NCBI RefSeq assembly: GCF_018350175.1
Contig: NC_058368.1
Location: 20,648,001 to 20,712,000, forward strand
From: Felis catus
Taxonomy: Eukaryota
DNA length: 64,000 nucleotides
Reading direction: 5' to 3'
Below, piece after piece: positions 56,200 through 64,000 of the stretch (position 1 is the stretch's first letter; each line of letters begins with the position of its first letter). The notes beneath the pieces were generated by a model. It worked only from the letters and a program-made list of their open reading frames with translations. It made no database searches and had not been told where the DNA came from. Both the position numbers and the translations under genes were made by a program.

Positions 56200-59100
56200 A
56201 ATAACCCGCTTTTTCAGTAGAACAACTCTTGCTAGCTAGAATATGGCCCATACCTCTCTTTCACAGAAGTCTTTTGAAAAGAGCTGATTCAGAAAAACTT
56301 GCCTTATTCCAGGGTGATTAATCAAAAAGGAATCAACTCAGGATCTATAAAAATATATTAAGGGAAGAAAAAAAAGCAGGAAAAAAAGGAAAACATTTAC
56401 TGGAAAAATGTTCAATGAGGTAGATGAAAATTATGGCTAAATATATTCCTGAATTTTTAAACATAAATGAGTAATCACCTATATACAATTTCACAGGAAA
56501 CAATGACAAAGCAACAGAAGTAGATTACACATATGCTGACAGGATTAAGGGAAGATCTGAAAAAAAAATCACAGAAATGAAGGTCAAATGCGGCTTGGAA
56601 GCTGCATAAAGACTGGGTACTGATGAAAGCACAGCTGGGGATGTGGAAGACAGGAATGGAAAAAGGGAATATAAAGAATCAACACACAAGACGTTAAAGG
56701 GATGATGTGATAGATATGGAATACATACAAAATAAATTAAATGCATACATAATTGGTGTCCCTAAAGAAGCAAACTGAAATAACAGACACCAATCTGAGA
56801 AATATTACACAAAAATAATCAAGACAAAACATCGTTAAACAAAACCCAGTAGCACATTAGAAAACTAATACACCGTGACCAAGTGTGATTTAGTCCAGGG
56901 ATGCAAGGATGGTTCAATTTAGGAAATCTGTTCTTTTCACCACACAAATGGATTAAAAGTCATTTGCCTATATGTTGAGAGGCATTTGATAAAACCCAAC
57001 GTCGAGTCTTTTTTTAAAAACCCTATCTAATACCAAGTGAGGTAAATCCCTCAGAGAAAGCCAAATGACATATAATTTCATACCTATGTGGAATTTAAGA
57101 AAGAAAACAATTGAACAAAGGAAGAAGAGAGACGGAGGGAGACAAATCAAGAAACAGACTCTTAACTATAGAGAACAAAGTGATGGTTATTAGAGGCGTG
57201 GTGCGTGTGCGGGGCGGGGGACGAGTTAAATAGGTGATGGGGATTAAGGAGTGCACTAGTCCCGGTGAACACTGGGTGTTGGACAGAAGGGTTAAATCAC
57301 TCCATTGTATACCTGAAACTAATATTACACTGTATGTTAACTCTATTGGAATTAAGATTTAAAATTTTTATTTTAATTGAAAAAATCCCTATCAATAAAA
57401 TGGCAATTGACACTGCCTTAATATAATTAAATGCATTTATCTCAGTCTAAAACCTAGCATCATGCTGAGTGGGGAACCTCAGAACTATTCATTTTAAAAT
57501 CAGGAACAAGACAAGGATATCTATTACTACTACTAATAAACACTGACCTGGAGATCCTGGCCAATTCAATTACATAAAATAAGGAAATAAAATGTATACA
57601 ATTTAGAAAAGAAGAAGACAAATCATCCTTGTTCATAGATTATATGATTTAATATTGAATTACAATAAAAAGTAATCCAACTAAAAAAATATTAACAAAA
57701 CAGGGGGGCCTGGGTGGTTGAGTTGGTTAAGCGTCCAACTCTTGATTTCCGCTCAAGTCATGATCTCATGGTTTCATGAGTTCGAGCCCCACATGAGCTC
57801 TGCGCTGACAGTGTAGAGCTTGCTTGAGATTCTCCCTCTTTCTCTGACCCTCCCCTGCTCACACCGTCTCTGTCTCTCTCCAAATAAATAAATAAACTTT
57901 AAAAACAAAGTGAAATGTTGTTAGGCCCTTGGTTCCAAAATTAATATATAAAGTCATCATCCTTCATATATTAAAAAAAGAAGTATTAATAGAAGGAAAG
58001 ACTTCATTTTTAAATTTTTTTTTAATGTTTATTTATTTTTGAGACAGAGAGAGACAGAGCGTGAACGGGGGAGGGGCAGAGAGAGAGGGAGACACAGAAT
58101 CGGAAGCAGGCTCCAGGCTCTGAGCCATCAGCCCAGAGCCCGACGCGGGGCTCGAACTCACAGACCACGAGATCGTGACCTGAGCTGAAGTCGGACGCTT
58201 AACCGACTGAGCCACCCAGGCGCCCCAAGACTTCATTTTTAATAACAATTTGACTAGAAAATATTTAGAAATAAATTTATCGGCTGTGGAAGAGCTATAT
58301 GAAGAAATTTTTACAATGCTACTCATGGACACACAAAAAAAGCACTAGCATAAATGTAAAGATATATGATGTTCTTGGCAAGGGAAACTCAATATCGTGC
58401 AGCTTTCATTTCTCTCCAAATTAATGTAAACATTAATATAGTTACTATAACAATGGAATTCTGGATCTATATATGATTCTAAAGCTCATACAGAAAAATA
58501 AACAAGCAAGAATAACCAGAAAAATTCAGCAAAAAAGAGAAAGAAAATATGTAGTACTAGCCCTACCACACGTTACCATATATAGGATGTAATAAGTGTG
58601 ACATTTCAAATCAGTGGGAAAAAAAGTTGAGATTAAACAATAAATGTTGCTTAATCTGACTCAGTTATTCTATTGGGTTGCCTTCTGGACAAAGTAATAT
58701 TGGATTCTTACCTCACACCTTGCCTCAAAATAATTTTCTGAAGAATCAAAGATTTTTATGTAAAGAATAAAAATATAAAATTACTAGGACTTTCCATGGG
58801 AAATGGAATATCACAAAACTCAGAAGTCATAAAAAAAAGACAAATAAATCTGACCACATAAAAATATAACTGGGCAAAACTTTGCAGCTCATAACTAGCA
58901 CCATCCAATCAAGATATAATGCAAAATACATTTGCAAGTCTAAGTTTTCTAGTGGCATCAAAAAAGTAAAAAGAAATGGACAAAATTAATTTAAATGATT
59001 TATTATATTTAACTTGACATATCCAAAGTATTTTCATTTCAATAGGTAATCAATAATAAAATATTATAAATGACATGTTTCCAAACTTTTTATTTTTGTA

Positions 59101-60451
59101 GTAATATACCTGGTGTATATTTTATAACTTATTGTTCATCACAATATGCATAAGCCATTGGTCAGGTGCTCAATAGCAACATGTAGCAGTTGGTGATCAT
59201 ATTTGACACTTTAATGAGTTAATCTCCTTATCATAGAATATCTTAACATAGAGTTCTCATAAATCTGTAAGAAAATCTAACAAAAAAGGACAAAATATTA
59301 TTAATATTTTTTTAATTTTTTAAATTTTATTTGAGAGAGACAGAAACAGTGTGAGTGGGGGAGGGGCAGAGAGAGAGGGAGAGAGAATCCCAAGCAGGTT
59401 CCATGCTGACATTGCAGAACCCGATGCAGGGCTAGAACTCATGAAACCAACAAGGAGATCATGACCTGAGCCAAAACTAAGAATTGTCTGCTTAACCAAC
59501 TGAGCCACCCAGGTGCCCCAAAACATTATTAATTTGCTAAAAATTAGAGAATTCCAAGTTAAAATACTGTAAGAAAATAATATTCCAGGGGCATCTGGCT
59601 GGCTATGTCAGTAGAGCATGCAACTCTTGATCTCAGGTTGTATGTTTGAGCCCCACATTGGGCATAACGGTTTACTTTATTTTTTACTTTTAATTTAAAA
59701 ATTTTTTTTAATGTTTATTTTTGAGAGAGAGAGAGAGAGAGCGAGCATGTGCGCGCGCATGAATGGGGGAGGGGCAGAGAGAGAGGGAGACACAGAATCC
59801 AAAGCAGGCTCCCGGCTCTGAGCCATCAGCACAGAGCCTGATGCAGGACTCAAACTCGTGAACTGTAAGATCATGACGTGAGCTGAAGTCAGATGCTTAA
59901 CTGACTGAGCCACCCAGACACCACCACAAGAGTTTACTTTAAAAAAAAAAAAACGAAAATAATATTACATTTCATCTCAGATTGGCAAAGATCAATACAT
60001 TTTCTAACATGCTGTGTCCATGAAGAAGAGGAGAGTCAGCCATCTTATACATTGACAGTAAGAGGGTAAATTGGTGTCAGTAGAGGGAGGCTTGGCAGTA
60101 TCTATCAAAATGACCAGCGTCTATATCTTTGACCTATGAACTCCAATTCTAGGAATTCTCCCCACAGATGTGTTTGCAAATGCAAGAAATTATTTACGTA
60201 CCAACGATTTATTGGATATTGTTTATAAATGCAAAACAATGGAAACTGCCTAGAAATGTATCAGTAGAGTACAGGTTAAATAAATTGTGGAACGCTATAC
60301 AATGAAATACTATGCAATCAAAACTAACAAGCAAGTGTTTCAGGTGATGCTATGGGAGGCTATTCCAGCTACTGTCATATGAGAGGGAAAAGGCAAGACA
60401 CAGACAAGTATAAATACCAAGACTAGTACCAACTGTGCAAAAAATTATGTA

Positions 60452-60482
<31 letters not shown>

Positions 60483-60710
60483 AGATATAGATATATAGAT
60501 ATATGTACAGGCATATTGAATCTATCTAGAAGGTTCCACAAGTAATTAGGAATAGAGATTGTCTAGGGGAGAAGAACTGCTTCACTCTGGAACAGGGATA
60601 ACAAGGAGAGTTACTTTTTCTTGTGTATCCTTCTATGGGTTTTAATTTAGTACCATGAACATGTATTACCTATTCAACCTTTACATAAAATATTTACATC
60701 CGTTAAAAGG
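56200..60710 (+). mobile_element. Ancient L1M scaffold with nested L1 3' end (about 57025-57385), CanSINEs (about 57703-57905 +, 58010-58226 -, 59305-59519 -, 59588-59955 nested pair) and MER33 (about 58897-59210)
   Basis: ccagggatgcaaggatggttcaa and aaaatcaggaacaagacaaggat L1 ORF2 motifs; most nested inserts have visible TSDs. Confidence 0.75.
60448..60505. repeat. (TA)n/(TAGATA)n simple repeat
   Basis: Direct inspection. Confidence 0.9.
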
Positions 60711-63700
60711 CGTGAACCAATAAGGATATTTACTGAAGCTGTTTTGCTCAATTTTTTTTATATCTACTGCAATGGATATTTTTAAATTTCTGGTTAAAAT
60801 TCACCTCAACATAGCAGTGTTAAGGCAACATCTTGCTCCAAATGCAGGCACTAACCTGAACACAGGTTTGCTCTCTGAGAGTTACATTTTTGACTCTGGT
60901 TCTTAACAGTCAGGAACACCTGGTGCATTGTCTTCTTACAGTTTTCTGTTCACTGTGACCAAATGACAGTTATTTCCAAATCAGAATCTCCTCCACCAAT
61001 CGCTCCCTTAATCTTACTGTAAGCTCCTGAGTAGGGAGGCCTCAGCTAGGCTTCCACTATAATCAGCAAGTGCCCAAATTTTAAAGGGCTGTTCTGGACT
61101 TGAGGGGTACACAGGAACTATTTCCTGACATATTTCCAGGAAAGGCAACGAGCTTGCAATTTTTTCAGGGTGCAGAGGTCCCCTTGTTGACTTTGGCTTT
61201 CCATGTCTCCAGAAAACCCTGGCTGGTTCCAAACCTTGGCTGGTCCCCATGAAGAGAATCACAACCGAACCTTGGTGGCACTGAGCCAAGTGGGCCTTCC
61301 TTGCCCACCTCCTGGCAGCCAACAAAGGCATTTGCAATATTGCATCTAGAGCAGGCTGAGTCTGTAGCTGAGGTTATTATACCAATTGAAAATGGGGTTA
61401 CAATCACCAACTGAAGTTCAAGGCATTTAACAGAAAAAAAAAATCTCATTTGGCAATTGGGTAGTCAGTAATACCGTCCTGGGAATAGATTGACCTAGAT
61501 TTCTCAGATCCCTGTGAACTCAACCTTGAGCATCCAAACCTGGGGCAGACAAAATGGTGGCTGGCACGTGCTATTTTGATTTTGGCAATGCTGGGCGCTC
61601 CGAGGTCTGTGGTCCCATAGCTCAACATCGGACCAGAGTTTTTCAGAATCTGCATACATACCCCCATAAGGTGGATTTATAATCATTTTAAATTTCAGTC
61701 CACAGTGAAATGCTAGCATCTCCACGCACAGCGCTGGCAGGCTCCCCGCTCAGCCTGTGACAATGTGCAACATTTGGAGAGAAAGGGATTAAGGATTTCT
61801 ATGCCAGCCAGTGGAGGTCAGTGTTGAGTCACTGATCTCTTGTGGTAGCTAGATGCAGACGTTACCAAGGTGGACAGGTTCTTGCTCATAAAACAGACAT
61901 AAAGAGGACACGTACAGATGACAAATGTGGGGCTGTGACACCCTGAAAGTGTATACGCAACTCCACGCTACTGAAGAATGATTGCCGGGAGTAGCTGATG
62001 ATATTTGGGGCAAACTCATGAAGGGTGTTGCGTAGCGAGAAGGTGGGTGGAGGGGTGACCATATTTACATGCAGCTTCAGCTCCTGAGAGACGGCCCTGT
62101 CTTTTAAACTAATTCCCCACATTCCTCTGGGCTGGGGATCCAAAGGGAGCATGCTGGGCTCCTCCTTATCTATGTGAGTTTTTAAAAGGGAGGAGAGTCT
62201 GAAAGCTGCTCCCCAAGAATAAAGGTAACTTGCAGGCAGCATGTTTCTCACGGCCACAATCCTTATTTCTAGGAAGTTTCAAAGCCTCCTCAGACAATCA
62301 TTCCAAAAGAAGAGCCACCCGCACTGCTGGCTTGTTGGTGTCCCTCCCTGTGGGCCTGCCTCATTCACCTCTAGATACTGCACCCTGTGGGAAAATTGAA
62401 AGGAAGAGGGAGGAGCCCCGGGCGAACCTGTTAACATGGGGAGGACGTGCAGAGACAGAAAACTCCAAGGGGCCATTGACAGTTCTCACCTCTCCAACCT
62501 AGGACCACAATTCTCTCGCCGTAATTTGGAGACTTGAGGGTATAAAGAACTCTGTGGAATATCAGCACTGCTATTTCGGTCTTCATTACCGAAGTGATTT
62601 GGTTGAAGGGGGGGGGGCGGGGAAGGCGGGGTACAGGAAAACCCCAGGGTGTATGCTTTTAACTTTCTGGTTGCTAGTGGCTATATTTTCAGATGCTTAC
62701 GTAGTCAAAGGGCAGCTGAGGAGGATCAAAGGCATCCTCTGTGTGTGTTAATGCCTGGGGGTATAGGTAGCAATCAGTAACTTAACAGAGTGCTGAACAA
62801 AGTGCTCTTTATTCCTTCAGAGCATGTGATTCCTGCTCAAAACTCTGATAAGCAAAAGGCTCCCCCCCCCCCCACTCCCCAAATAGAAGGGAAAGAAGTG
62901 CTTTCTTCGTTTCTGAGTTTGGTATTCTTTTTTTTTTTTTACACTTTGGTGTTTTGGGAGATTTTCCGTTTCTTTTCTCCGTTCAGTCAACCAGGGCTGA
63001 GTACCGGCCAGAGATATTTCTCATCTGATACAAATACCACGTACTTTAGTTACCAGAAACTGCCTCTGTTCTTTTCATCCCACAGCCTCCCTCTCACGCT
63101 CCTGTGCCTTCGCTCACACTGCTTTCCATTTGCCACCTTCCTGCGTTCTTTATGACTTGCCACCTCCAAGCTATGTACCCTCCCTGAATGGTGGAATTCT
63201 ATCCATTCTTCAAACTTAGTTCGAATGTCACCTCCTGCACAAAGCCTCCAGTGCCCCTTGCCAATCCTTTTGTCCCCAGGCAGAATTCATCATTCCCTTT
63301 TCCATCCCCCAAGAGTGTTCCTCGATCGTGTTTACACACGTGTGTGTAGACTTGAAATAGTTAAATAACACAACTTCAGCAATGCAGGAGAGAGATCATC
63401 AACCCCCGCCCCCCACCCCCCCACCCCCCCAGGCCATTGCTGCCCTTGGGAGAATGAAGACAATGCAATGCTGGCTGTAATCAGAGAGTAAATGACTCCA
63501 AATGAGTGGAGGAAAGAGGAGACAGCCTTTCTAAATAGTTTTCTAAACAGAAACATTTTCAACTGCGGTCCCCAAATCAGAGTGGCCTAGGGATACTACT
63601 CTCCCCATCAGAGTGCAGAGAGATAAGACGTTTTGTAGCAATCCTTTTATAGAATCCATTTTGGAGGAGACTCAAGCCTCCTCCAAGTGTCTGCCTTTGC

Positions 63701-63781
63701 CCACACCTGTGCAGAATAAACTAGGAATGGAATTAGCTAAGTGTTATAGAAATATCGTCGTTAAAGAATCTAAGGCTTAGG

Positions 63782-63861
63782 GTAATGTTAGAACTTCTTA
63801 CATTTAGAACTGTTTAGAACTTCTTACAGTTAGAACTAACTGTAATGTTAGAACTTCTTAC
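63782..63861. repeat. Short imperfect tandem array of ttagaac(ttcttac) units
   Basis: ttagaacttcttac at 63788, 63814 and 63848, with partial ttagaact units between. Confidence 0.8.
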
Positions 63862-64000
63862 CATCGCAGAGAAGCAGAATTCTCTGTAGTTAGCAAAACT
63901 TCTCTGACAGTCACTTGTCTGACCAATCTGTCAGGTTAAGCTGGGGCATAGACCAAACTAGAAGAGAAAAAACAGCATCAGCAAATAACGCAAAACAGTA

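Overview
Mammalian genomic DNA, almost certainly a felid (abundant tRNA-Lys-derived CanSINE/SINEC_Fc elements and carnivore-type L1 3' ends). Much of the window is interspersed repeat (L1, L2, MIR, MLT1/MER21 LTRs, MER33/MER58 DNA transposons). The only recognisable protein-coding locus is the two-exon DLEU7 gene on the + strand: exon 1 in a CpG island at about 17.1-17.52 kb, a 16.4-kb intron, and exon 2 from 33905. Compared with the human protein as I recall it (not aligned here), this copy carries several lesions: no start ATG, an in-frame TGA at 17185, two mutually compensating frameshifts, a GC rather than GT donor, and a lost stop codon. It therefore looks like a unitary pseudogene, or a gene reduced to an N-terminally truncated form. 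Two local duplications of unique-looking sequence also sit inside old transposons upstream, one of them a CpG-decayed copy of the start of DLEU7 intron 1. Repeat family names are by-eye recognition and repeat coordinates are approximate.
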